Shown: one piece after another, positions 11,589-24,234 of the stretch
Position numbering within the stretch: position 1 is the first letter of the stretch
Layout of the letters: each line of letters starts with the position of its first letter
NCBI GenBank assembly: GCA_047495785.1
Contig: JBLDXI010000032.1
Span: forward strand, 496,001-560,000
Origin: Lepidodermella squamata
Taxonomy: Eukaryota > Animalia > Gastrotricha
DNA length: 64,000 nt
Direction: 5' to 3'
Position numbers and translations under genes: made by a program
The notes under the pieces: generated by a model
Databases searched by the model: none
Told to the model about the DNA's origin: nothing
Seen by the model: only the letters and a program-made list of their open reading frames with translations

Positions 11589-13342
11589 AACAGATCTATA
11601 CTGAGGAAATATGGCTGAGCGTCGAAAATACCGGGGACTTGATGTAATAATATCCGCTAAAAACTATTAGACAGCATCTGTGCCGCGTGACATTTCATGT
11701 TCCGTACTAATAGGTATGTGTAGCTCAGCATATACCGGTAAACAAATAACATGCCCGCAAACTGAGTCCGGATCTCTCTTGCCCCAAGTTAAGGCTATTT
11801 GCTCGAAGAGTATACTATCGTTCACGCTAAATTAATACTAATTTATTTCCAAAACTATGATGAAAACTTGATGAGATAAAACGATGGGCACTGCGTTATT
11901 TTAATAATTATTCCAGCCGGGTACTAATCGGATCTTGAAAAACTAAGATTGATAACGCGATAAGCTTGTGACCTAATTAAGAAAGCCGACTGAAAAGGGG
12001 CAAGGTCTATCCTTATCATTAGGATAAGACGCCATGGTTTTGGAGATAACGGGAGGGCAAGAAGCTGGCGTAGCTGACCATGACATGCAATGCAATTATT
12101 AATCGCAAATAATTTCTAAATAATTTTTCATAAATTACGCTCAGTAATTGCTTATAAATAGTGGCTCATTTTATTGCATAATTACAATATATATATAGTA
12201 AAATTTTCTTTATTCTTAAAAGCCAAAGAGCCTTTCCACTTTCGTAAACTAATTTTTTTTTTATTTTTGCGCCCTGCGTTTCTCGCGTACCGATTCGAGA
12301 TTGCACATATTATGAAAGCAATACATTTGACTCACGCCGCACGTTTTCGCTACTCATTACCCAGTTCCCTCCTCCGCTATTGGTTCCACGTTCCACGATG
12401 CCTTGCAGTCATTTTAATTCTACAGCGTGTCCAAAAGTGGCGCAACTATTTTTTCAATTTGGCATTTTTTGAAGGAAATTCACGAATTTAAAAAAAATTA
12501 AACCCACCGAGAGAATATTCCATCTTTCATCCACGATTTAACCGAAGAAAACCCGGAAAGCCCGGATGGTAACTGGTTCGGTAATTTTCGGTACTTTACC
12601 TGGTTGGACCAAATTTATCCGGAATTTTTTAATCCCATTAACAAGTGACCTTATACTTCGATTCCTTTTCTCATGATTTTTTGAATTTTTCTAACATTTT
12701 TGTGGCCATGACATGTGACTTCGTCTCACAATTTAGAGTTTCGTGTATTTTCTTAGCTTGCGTTACTTACGGGACACGCTGTATAGGTACGCTGTATATG
12801 TGTTGATTGGGATAGCTTTGTTCCCAAAAATTCGCCCCCTTAATCCTAAATCAATCCTATTCCAGGTTCGACCACTAATCCTTCAATGGCTTTCTAGACC
12901 TCTTCCCTGTCTACCTTTTACGGCCTTTTCCAAGTGCGATCCTACATAAATTCGAGACTCGTACCCAAACCTTGCATTCGAGGTTGTATTTTGTGTTTAC
13001 GGTTTTTCGTCGCTTTTGAGTTTTGATTTCGACCCAACTGCGAGTAATCACCTTCAGATTTGACAAAGATATCAATTTGAGCAGTGAAATAGTCAACTTG
13101 TGAAATTTGTATCACTGGATCGTCACGAGCCGCTTCCCGTGATAACGTGCCAGGTGTTGTCACATGGTGTTATTGCATATTTTTCGAATAAATTCGCCGT
13201 TTCACAAGCTGCAAAAAGACACTAATAGACGGAATAAAGAAAATCTTGCTTAAAAGCAATGGATAAGCATACTCTAGGTCTTACCTTAATAACAGCCGTA
13301 TTTTATTACATTATAAACGTATACCTGAAGCGGGGAGATCCT

Positions 13343-14151
13343 ATGGCCAACGCACACCTCAAACTGCATTACTTCAACGGCAGAGGCCGGGCTGAAGTTT
13401 CGCGCTACATCCTGCATTACGCTGGGGCTGAATTCGAAGACTACAGGTTCGAGATGTCAGAATGGCCGGCGCTTAAACAAAGTAGAAGTTCCTGTGCAAT
13501 TTTTTATTCATTATAATTGATCAATTTTGGCTATTAGATTACCCAAATCTTCAAGTTCCAGCTTTGGAAATCACCAAGGATGGCAAAAGTCTGATGCTAA
13601 CTCAAAGTATGACTATCGCTCGACATCTTGCTAAGCGATTTCGTAAGCGCTTGAATTTAATTATTATTCATCGAAATTTCGTAAAATTATTGTTAGATTT
13701 GGCTGGTTCAAACGTGACTGAAGAAGCGCAGTGTGACGAGGTCATCGATTCGCTTCAGGAAATTCACAATTTCGGGGGAATGACCACGAAAGAAACGGAA
13801 CCTGAACGTAAAGCTCGAAATTTGAAGAAGATAAAAGAGGATGACATCCCGCGCTTATTGGGCCGTCTTGAAAAGCAGCTGATTGCTAATGGCGGCAAGC
13901 ACCTCGTTGGAAATAGCGTGAGAAAAATAAAAAAAATTATCGAATTTTTTTCAATTTTTTTCAAATTTTAGTGGACGTGGGCTGATTTGCATTTAGCGGT
14001 TATTTTCGATGGGATGATCAAGCGACTGGGCGAGGACATTGAAACAATGGTGAAGCAACAATATCCGAACTTGGTCGCCCTTCAAAAGAGCGTCGAGGCC
14101 ATTCCGAAAATTGCTGCTTATCTAGAGAAACGACCAATCACGCCGTTTTAA
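13343..14151 (+). CDS. Glutathione S-transferase, sigma-class-like (GST-4)
   Basis: KLHYFNGRGRAEVSRYILHYAGAEFEDYR, PNLQVPALEI, TQSMTIARHLA, WTWADL, KRPITPF*. Three introns. Confidence 0.93.
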
Positions 14152-14483
14152 AATGTATCGAAATCGAAATCGAACAATTCCTCGAACAAGTTTAACGTTG
14201 ATTGGCTTGAAATGAAAACCCTGCTCTCTGCCGATTCTAAGAAAATAAAACTCGCGATAATTTTTTTTATTATAGCTTTGAAAATAAAAACCGAGGTGAT
14301 CGTATATTTTTTAGTACAGAAGCGACATTAAAAAATGCAAAAAAAACAAGCAATCAGCATGCCGGTAAAAATGATATTTTCGGTGATAAAACCAGTTTTT
14401 TACCTCTCAATTATTGCAATTAAAAAATATCACAGCTTTTTTTGCAAATAAAAAATCACGCGACAAAATTCGAGAAAAAAACG

Positions 14484-15077
14484 TCAACTGACAGCTATGG
14501 CAAAATAGACAATAAATTTACGCAAAAATATTGAGGTCAAATAAACGAAAATGGTGTTAACTGTAACGCGGTCACTATTTGACCTCGCAGGTTTCCGCTT
14601 TTTGTAGCCTAAAAGCCAGGGCAGGGCTGCTTGAGATGATGTTGAATAGTCACCCTCCATCCACGTCGATATAGTAGCAGTCGCTTGATATTCTGACGAA
14701 TCACCGGACTGGCTGTTAAAATTGTGATTTCCACTCTCCACGTCCGCGTAGTTGGCGTCTACACTACCGCCGCTTATTGTATAGTCCTCAGGTATCGCCG
14801 AAGACGAATCAGTCGCATTCAAAAATTCGGCAGAATAATCGGCGTCGAGCTTTTTATCGCTGGTATCGTCGGAGGTTAGAGGTATTTCGGTACCGGATGG
14901 GACGTAAACTGTTTCAAAAATTTCATAGTCGCGCTCGTCGCCAACATCGGCGGCGGCGTGATTGATAAATAGCCGAGTCGTCATCGACGCAGACTGAGCA
15001 ACAGCAGGCAATCTTAGCAGCATCGTTAGTAGGGTGTTCAAAATACAGCTAGCTTCGCTAATGATGCCTAGCCGCAT
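14484..15077 (-). CDS. Hypothetical acidic Ser/Asp-rich protein, possibly secreted or membrane-anchored
   Basis: 197-aa ORF in a GC-elevated patch, with a hydrophobic N-terminus, acidic core, basic KKRK stretch and hydrophobic C-terminus. No family recognised. Confidence 0.5.
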   Translation of the reverse strand: MRLGIISEASCILNTLLTMLLRLPAVAQSASMTTRLFINHAAADVGDERDYEIFETVYVPSGTEIPLTSDDTSDKKLDADYSAEFLNATDSSSAIPEDYTISGGSVDANYADVESGNHNFNSQSGDSSEYQATATISTWMEGDYSTSSQAALPWLLGYKKRKPARSNSDRVTVNTIFVYLTSIFLRKFIVYFAIAVS

Positions 15078-16422
15078 CGCTCGAGGGGAAAACGCTCGAG
15101 TTCAGCGTTACGAATCAATTATTAACGGGTTTAAAATTCTAGCAAAAATTCAATGCAAAAAATATGAAAAAATCACTGAAAGACAGCTTGCATCATGGGC
15201 TTTCTGACGATACAAAACTTGCTATACTTCCTCATTAAATTGATTTTTGAAAAATCATCGCCGAATCTGGCCCAGTTGGAGAGTTATTTTGGGACGGCTT
15301 GCCAAACTGAGACATTTTAAACTAATTTTTTTAAATTAAGGTGAGCTCTAAATTTGACCGTAAATCCGAAATTATTTTGAAAATTTTGAAAATTTTCCAA
15401 ATTTGTAAAAAACCTCCGATGTTTGATTTACAAAAAACACGTTTTCGTTCGCAAGTTGCAGTTTTCCATAGAAAATTGATCACCTGAAATCCAGTCCGAG
15501 TAAAACGAGCGAGTTTTTTTTTGGGTCAAATGCGAAATAATAATACACGTGCGTTGCCCTAAACCGCAAAACTGAGCGGATCGTCACCGATTTTTGGATC
15601 GAAGGTAAGCCATTCGTGTTTGGACGATAGCCAATGGTTAGATTACATGAACGGATGTTTAATATTTGCAATGTGAATTGCAAAATAAATTTGCAAATAT
15701 TTCATAGGGGGCGGATATAAAGTAGAACGTACATTTTTCATAATAGAAATTTTCTAAAATTTTCGAGAAAATGACAAAAAAATTGATGTAACGATGACAA
15801 TTTTGGTGAATTGACCTGATACAATATTTTTTCGATGAAGAAACATGCGGAAATGAAAGCGGAAGTCGCCTAATGATGCTTTGTCGGTGCAGTTGATAGA
15901 AATGAGACGAGGCATTTGTGACGTATACTCTCCGTCTATATAGCGAGACATATAGAGATGAACGAAAGCATGAGCCAAAAAATAGAATCGGGCTCAGAGA
16001 TTGATGCGAGTAATTGTGGCGGCTTAACTATTAACAATGCAGCGTTTATTGTATAGATATAGGCCAATAAAAAGCGCGGGTCATAATATTATCTATATTC
16101 ATAGTTGCAGCCATCGAGTACCGCCAATCGATGACAATGATAAAAAAACGCCTCGTGAAGAGCTGCGCCGTTCGAGTAACGAATTAAACAACTTGGGATT
16201 AAGGAATGATAGTGCGAAAAAAACAACTATGAGAGAATATTCTTAGAATAATTATGGCCACGAGGCGTGCTGCGCTATCAATGAAAAAAATCACGTGCAC
16301 CGAACAATAAAACTCGTTGACCACGCCCTCTTTTCGACGGAAGTAAAACAATATTTCTTCACACCGTTCGATTTTTATAAAATATCAAACAGCTCTAATA
16401 ATAATTGCGGTTCCGCGAAAAA

Positions 16423-17220
16423 ATGGCTGAAAAATATAAGCTGACCTATTTTAATTCAAGAGGCCGGGCTGAGGGGATTCGTTTCATCCTACACTACGCT
16501 GGGGCTGATTTTGAGGATGTTCGTATTGATCGCGAAAACTGGCCAAAACTTAAAGAAGGTAAACATTCCAAATGAAATTCCTAACTTTGACATCATTTTC
16601 CATGCAGCTATGCCGACGAAACAAGTTCCAATTCTGGAAATAACTAAGGCCGATGGAACAAAGCTGTTGTTGACCCAAAGCATAGCGATTGGCCGTTATC
16701 TCGCTCGAAAATTCAGTAAGTTACTTTTCAACAATTTTGTCTGAAATTTTTGAAATTTTTTCCAGATCTCGCGGGCAGCAATGCTTGGGAAGAGGCGCAA
16801 TGCGACGAAGTAATAGACACCTTGGCCGATGTGGCTATGATCGCCGCGCTTGGCTTCTACGAGGAGGATTCCGAACGCAAGCGGCGAATGTTCGAAAAGT
16901 TGAAAAACGAACTATTCCCCCAAAAGCTCGGCTTTTTAGAGGGCCGCCTGAAACAAAACGGCGGCAAGTTTGTCGTAGGGCAACAGGTGTGTTGATAATT
17001 AAATTTTTATCTAAATTTTTAAAATAAGTTTCCCAATTTTTTAGTATACCTGGGCTGATTTTACATGTGCGTGCGTGATGCGGATGTTGCACGATTACGC
17101 TGGCGCAGCCTCGGGAGAATTGGCGACACATTTCCCGCTGCTTACAGACCACACGACTCAAGTCGAACAGCTGCCGGCTATCGCGGCTTATATCGCCAAA
17201 CGACCATCTTCTGATCGCTG
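16423..17220 (+). CDS. Glutathione S-transferase, sigma-class-like (GST-5)
   Basis: [54 protein letters not shown]. Three introns. Confidence 0.93.
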
Positions 17221-19614
17221 ATTATTGCATCGATTAAAACGGCGGCGTGTGAAGAAAAAAAACTGAAAGAACCCTCTGATCTTACGATAAAAAATCGGAA
17301 ATAAAAATCACGCAATTGCAATTTGAACCAATTATAATGGCGGTATTAGCATTTTTTGGCTGAGTAAATAATAAGTATTCGTCCGGGTAAAAAAATGGGT
17401 AAATAGATTCAACTCAATAGAGTAAAATGGGTCCGATGAGTCGCGTCCTCCATTCGTCAACAAAATGCTCTAGATTTTTCCGGCGCGCCCGCACTATGTA
17501 ATTTACGACGTATATAATTCTTGCGATGGCCAATCAACTTGAAAAACAAGCGGCCACTTTGGAGAATTACTGCTGCTTTGTTATTATTATTATTTGTAAT
17601 CGACATATATACCACGCTGTAAGACTGTTGTTGCTCAAGTGACACAGAGACATTTTAAGGGCAATTATATTACAGGCATACTTATTCGCACATCAACTTT
17701 GATATATCTAGAAATTTCCGGTATCATCTGCTGAGTAAAAATCAAGCCAGACAAGAAATATTTACCGAGCTATTTCCGGACATTCGCAAACACCTTGATC
17801 GATGGCGGTTATTTTATTTCGCTAGCTCATATTATATGATTTGAAAGTGAGTAAAAAACTGATGAAAATCTCGCATGTGAAAATTAAGCTGAAGGATGAA
17901 TAATTCCGAGTGAATTGGGTTTCAGAACCAGCGAGTGTATAGCTGATATTCAAACGACGAATAAGCCCGATTGATTTAATTGAGAGTTTCGAGCTGATCA
18001 CTCCGATTCAAGCATCGTATTCGAAAATATTCCAAAAAATTTCGATAAATTGTGAAAATTCCTCCAGCGAAATTCTGCAGCTTTTGAACTTTTTTCACTT
18101 GAAGACAGTTCTAATTGAAGAAATCATGAGAACAATTATCCATTTGGTTAACTTTATTTTGATTATTTGAATTGAATAAATCGGAAAACGAAAGATATAT
18201 CAAGGCTATTGTTGAAAACGCGTGTCGCACGAGTTGTTCTGTGTCGTATTGCGCCGCATATTGTTCTCGAAAGAATCCAGCGCGCCAAATACTGAGCAGC
18301 AGCAACAACATCAGTTTAGTGAATTTGCTGGTTCGGCCGTTGGCGAACGAACAAAATACACAGCAACCCTGGATTTCGGACTATAGAATTATATACATCC
18401 AGGGTTGCTGTGGATCTGTCGAAGAAACACCCTGTCTCCACCCGTTGGCCGCCTCCGAGTGAAGACATCAAATGGTTTAGTGATGGCACATTGCGCGTGA
18501 GTTATTTTTCCAAGGTTCGTAAATCGATTTCATCGCCGACTGTTGTACATTTCCGCTACAAAAAAATCCAATGAAAATTATAAAAAAATATTTCTTGAAA
18601 AACTTACTTTATTATGCGGAAATTCCAACAGCCTGATGATTAGTTGTTAATCATTTTATTTAAAAAATCACTAAATTAAATTTATTAACAGGTGAATGTT
18701 GGCAAAGCACGAAAAAACAGTTCGACTATCGATAGCAAACAATTCGTGATAAAATGCAGCCATGCTTTCGTGTAATGGCGAGCCAACTCGAGGCGTGGTG
18801 AAGGTCGTAAAAATTGGTCGACGGCTCATCGTCCAAACTGACGATTATTACCATCATCGCGGCGCACGTGGCGCAATCACTGTTATGTTTATTGTTGTCT
18901 AATAATAGGAAATCATCATTTGTTGGCCTATAGGCCAGAAATAGCCGTAATATGCGACTTGTAATAAAACGAGGTCAAATTGTTGTTGGCCTGGTCGCCT
19001 TTGTGTGTAGCCGCGTTGGAATTAAATTAAACGTACTCGAAACCTGAAACTCGACGATTCGGCAATAAATGACATGATAAAAAACTGAGTCATGTGAAAT
19101 CATCTATCAGCCAGCAAAATAGTTAAGTAATAAATTATCTTTCAGCTACCGCAGCGCTGATGAAATTTTCAGGGTTGAACGATAAAAACATTCATTAAAT
19201 GCTCAGGTTCTTTTGAATTTGAATTCAATATTTTAAATGAAATTAAGGCAAAATAATTCATTTTTCTTGAGTTGAATTTACGAGGCCGTAGCACAAGAGC
19301 ATAAAAAATTATCCGCTATTTGTCCCAGGTTAGCAAAAAATCCGTTTTAAATTGCCAAAAATAAGGCAGGAACAACAAATTTGTCGCAATTGTTGCAGGA
19401 AAATCAGGTATCACGTTTTTCACATTTCATACAAATTTCAGAACTTCTTTACGGCAGAGGCTATGGTTGCTAACCTTCGAAAAGCCCAAAATTGGCCCAG
19501 AGTTTGGTTTTTTTTATGATAAATGACAAGTGGAACTGGAGCAAGAAAGCAGCTGAAAAATTCTCAAAGTTTTCAAGCTGAAATTGTTGACAAATTCTAT
19601 GAAATTCTACAGCA

Positions 19615-19770
19615 TATTTGGTTCCGCTCACCGTAAATTTGGTTCCGCTAACAGGAGGACCCTTTTGGAATTCCAAATTTTGGTTCCGCTAACTAGTAAA
19701 TCTGGTTCCGCTGCAGCAAATTACATTCCGTTCACCGTAAATGTGGTTCCGATAAAAGGAGGACCCAATT
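19615..19770. repeat. Short interspersed direct-repeat array (TGGTTCCGCT core x5) with a ~104-nt higher-order period
   Basis: TGGTTCCG(C/A)T at ~19619, 19640, 19681, 19703 and 19744. The block CACCGTAAAT.TGGTTCCG.TAA.AGGAGGACCC occurs twice. Confidence 0.7.
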
Positions 19771-20224
19771 TTACTGATTAGGATAATTCTTCCTTTCTGA
19801 CCGTCTCCGACTAGTTCAAAGCAGTGACATTCAATTTGGCATGAGTTGAAAAAGCATCATGAATCATTACTTAGTCATACACGTATATTCAGCGAGATTT
19901 AGCTAAACGTGTGTATAGGTAATATGTATTGAAGACAAAGAAAAATGAAGATGCTTCTGCAATTTTACACGCATAAATCTCACGAATTTCCTTCATAGAA
20001 AAAACAAACAAACGATTAAATGAACACGACACGAACTTGAGTTTAACAGGTAGAGCCGCGTTTCAAGCAGCAGACTTGAGATTCTTTCTAGAAGATGAAA
20101 TTGCTGTTCTAATAAGTCATAAGATTGCACGTTTCCTGACTTGAGAGCCAAATCTTTAAAAATTACTGTTTTCTAGGTGAAATAGACAGACTCTTAATTA
20201 AGTCTTCTTGTTCGGGTGTTTCGA

Positions 20225-23200
20225 ATGCATTTATTGGCGGCGAGCTTTCTTACGATAGCTGTTTTAATAAAACATGTTGACAGCTGCAAGCCATCAACTC
20301 AGGCATCCGGTACGATCAACGGCGGCGGCGGCAGCTCAGGCCCGGCTACCACGTTGGCCCCTTCAGCAAAATCACCCCCAGCGGCGTCTTCAAGCTGCGG
20401 CCATTCACAGTACTATTACAACCAAAATTTGCCCGGAGTTGGCGTAGTCGGCGGAGCTAATGCCCTTCCTAATCAGTGAATACCAAAGTCTTAAAAAATT
20501 TAAACTGAGATATTTGAATGCGGTTAGGTACCCATGGCTGGCGAGGCTGTCGATTACCTCTGGCAGCAGCTCATATATCTGCGGAGCTTCAGTTATCAGC
20601 GAAAAGTTGAAAAATTTACTGTTAAATCCACAAAATCATGCTCTATTCTTCTTTTCAGTTTTCTCATTACAGCAGCTCATTGCGCGTAAATTTTACCTCC
20701 CTTAATAAAATTGTTGTAATGAATAACAAATTTGTATTTATTTAGAAGCATAGCGTCTACTCCGAGTGCAATCACGGCAACTTTCGCTGATCACGATAGG
20801 TTAAGAGCAGATGATGGGCAATTTTCGATCGCTGTTTCTCAAATTACAATCCATCCAAATTGGAATTCAGCCAAGCTGGATTACGACTATGCAATGCTTC
20901 GTCTATCACGTGAGACATTACATACTTGTCAAACAATTCGCATTTGAATTGAATTTTTTCGAGGACCCCTAAACTTCACATCTTCTTGGACCGTGCAAAA
21001 GATTTGTTTGCCAACAACTTGCTCAGACGGATGCAACACTGTCGGCGCTCCCCTATACATAGCAGGCTTTGGCGTAAATAACACCGGTAATAAGAGCTCA
21101 AAATGCGAAAATAAACAGCAGCATATGAAAATCTATGCATTATAGTCACTGGTACTCTTGCGGGTATCCTACAGACCGCCTTGGTTCAATCAGCTGATCG
21201 ATCCATCTGCAGCAAACAGTATGGAACAATTACCGATCAAATGCTCTGCGCGGGTTATATCAGCGGCGGGTATTTTGAAATATTATCTTAAAAGGCCAAC
21301 AGCTCCGCATTTTTGTTACCTTTTCGCAGTATTGACAGTTGTAGCGGAGACTCTGGTGGCCCTTTGATGTCGAACGAGGATGGTTACTTCAAGCTATGCG
21401 GCATCACAAGTTACGGCTCGGGGAAGTGTGGATCCGCAAACGCTTTTGGAGTCTACTCGTAATTTCCGAAGTTTCCAGCCTCAATTATCTATTTCAATAC
21501 TCCTGTGACAGACGGGTCTGTGCAGTTCTCGATTGGATCAAGTTGGTTCAGGATGGAACTTATGTACCTCCAGCAACTACGACAGTATCGAATCAAGCTG
21601 TAACTCCGAAACCACCACCCGCAACAATGGAAACCTGTGGTCATTCCAAATACTACTACAACAATAGCCAACCAGGTGTTCGGGTTGTTGGAGGAGTCGA
21701 CGCGAAGCAAAATCAGTAAGCATATGATAGTATTAATAATTTTTGATGATTCAATTTATCCCGCATAGATATCCATGGTAACGACTGATTTCCGTGGCAA
21801 AGGAATTGTTGTGATTTTAGGGATTATTTCTCAGGCTTGCAAGGCTGACAGTCTTGACGACCCAGCGACGATGTGCAGCCTCGATAGTTAGCGAGAGTTA
21901 CCTCATTACGAGCGCGAATTGCGTTGGGTTAGCATTCAAACATTTGCCGGATTTTCATATTGATAAAACATACTTTTTCCAGATCAATAGCGACAACGCC
22001 TAGGTATGAGCTTTCGAACTTAGCTGATGATTCATATTTTGATCGGATTCTTACAGCAACCTTCAAATAAACATCGCCGATCATAACACATCGATGGTGG
22101 ACGATGGTGAATTCACAGCTACGGCTTCTTCAATCACAATTCATCCATATTACGACTCGTCAACCAGTGAATACGACATTGCTCTGATCAAGCTGAAGGG
22201 TAAATAGGAGTAAAGAAAAGCTTAACTTATTTTTGATCGATTTTTGACCAGATGCCCTGAATTTCACGTCGAGCTGGACGGTTCAGAAAATCTGTCTACC
22301 TTCTTCTTGTAGCGACGGTTGTGCATCGGGTAGCACGGCCTACATTGCTGGATGGGGCACTACAACCTACCGTAAGCCAAGGTTGTGATCATTTGAATTT
22401 CATTAATTGTCTCTTCGAAATAGCTACTGTCTCCTACGCTACCGTTCTACAGTCGGCATATGTCCAGATTGCAAGCCAATCTGTCTGTGTTCAGCAATAT
22501 CCTTACGTTACAGATGCTATGTTTTGTGCTGGTGACCATAAGCCCAACTATTGCTATTTTTGAGGTCTGATTTGTTCTTTTATCGCAGGATACTTACAAG
22601 GCACCGTGGATACTTGCACTGGAGACTCAGGTAAGATTATGACTCCTAATCTGGACTTTCTAACTTTGATGCGGCTTTAAAGGAGCTCCTTTGATGACGA
22701 TGGAAGATGGGTACTACAAACTGTGTGGTATCACCAGTTTTGGACAGTACTGCGCCGTTGCCGGAAATTACGGAGGCTATTCTCGCGTTTGCAGCGCCGT
22801 TACTTGGATCAAGACAGTTATAAGCGGAGGCTCCGCTAGCGCACCGGCTACAACGAAACAACCAGCTATTGTTACTCGCTCCCCGGTCCAGTCCAACGTA
22901 TGCGGCCATTCCCAATATTATCAGGGCTCGGGTAACCCTGGAGCGGGAATTATCGGAGGTGTCAATGCCCAAAGAAATCAGTATGCCGAATTCAAAACCA
23001 AATATTTTCTTGACAAATGAGAATTTTGTTTTCCTTAGATATCCTTGGTTAGGATGCCATATTTCTATATTCATTGGCAAGTTATCCGTTATGTTTTAAT
23101 TGAAGGATTGTTCGTCTCAGCATAAAAAGCGATGGTTCATTATATCTCTGTGGAGCAACGATAATCAGCGCAAACTACTTGCTCACAGCAGCTCACTGCA

Positions 23201-24050
23201 TGTAAGTAGGTTGGAAGAATTATTTCGTTTCCTAAAGATGCCTCTTGCCAGGGAAACTACTATTCCCGGGGATATCACGGCTTATATTGCAGAGCACGAT
23301 AGGACTGTGGCTGACGACGGCGAATTCACGGTCACGGCTTCACAAATCATAAAACACCCGAGTTACAATGCTGTTACGCAAGACTACGATTTCGCTCTCC
23401 TGAAGCTTTCAAGTCAGATTTTATCAAAGCCTTCAAAAATTGTGCGTAAAATGCATTTATTCTTATACAGGGAGTCTAAACTTTACAAGCAGCTGGAAAG
23501 TCCAGAAAATTTGTTTGCCTACGAACTGTACAATCGGCTGCGCGGCGGGATCGACCGTCTACATCGCCGGCTGGGGCATGACATCGTACCCCGTTGGGTC
23601 TAGTTCATCGATTTTGAAAACAGCAAACGTCTTAGTACAGAACCAAGCCACTTGCAAGCAACGCTACTCAAGTTTGACCGACAGGATGATGTGTGCTGGA
23701 TACGACGCAGGAGGTATTTTTGAGGCTATTGGTCTAAAAATTACTTCATTTATGGGTTTTTTCAGGAGTTGACACATGCAGCGGAGATTCGGGTAAGTGT
23801 TTTATTGCATGGGTGACACCAACTGAATCAACGTAAATTCGGAAAGGTGGGCCCTTGATGTCCGTTGAGGATGGGTATTACAAATTATGCGGAGTCACAA
23901 GCTTCGGTAGGGACTGTGCTACGGCAAACTACTACGGTGAGAAAATTGATTTCTTTTGTAAACAAATAACGACACATAATTTTCTTTATAGGTGTTTATG
24001 CCAAAGTCTGCACGGTTCTCGGCTGGATAAGGAGTAACTCGGATGCATGA
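20225..24050 (+). CDS. Secreted polyprotease with three tandem trypsin (S1A) domains (polyserase/ovochymase-like architecture)
   Basis: Signal peptide, then three units each starting CGHS(Q/K)YY...(V/I)(V/I)GG...Q-YPW. His motifs TAAHC/TSANC/TAAHC, Asp motifs DYAML/DIALI/DFALL, Ser motifs GDSGGP/GDSGAP/GDSGGP. Thr/Pro-rich linkers, many short introns, TGA 24048-24050. Confidence 0.88.
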
Positions 24051-24234
24051 TAACATGGCTGGGCTAGAGTCTCTATATTATCCGGTGATTTTTTCATGTG
24101 TTATATGAGTCAACTCGTTCAATCGCTCGCATTTGCAGTCAATTGGAATGATGCTTTATTTAATCTTGCAATAAACAAATCACCGCTAATTACATTTTGT
24201 GGTTGATTTTTGATTATATAGCGAGGAAAAAGGT

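Noticed and set aside
19615-19770. CRISPR-like appearance of spaced short repeats
   Set aside because: The core is only ~10 bp, the spacers are themselves repeated, the context is eukaryotic and there are no cas genes.
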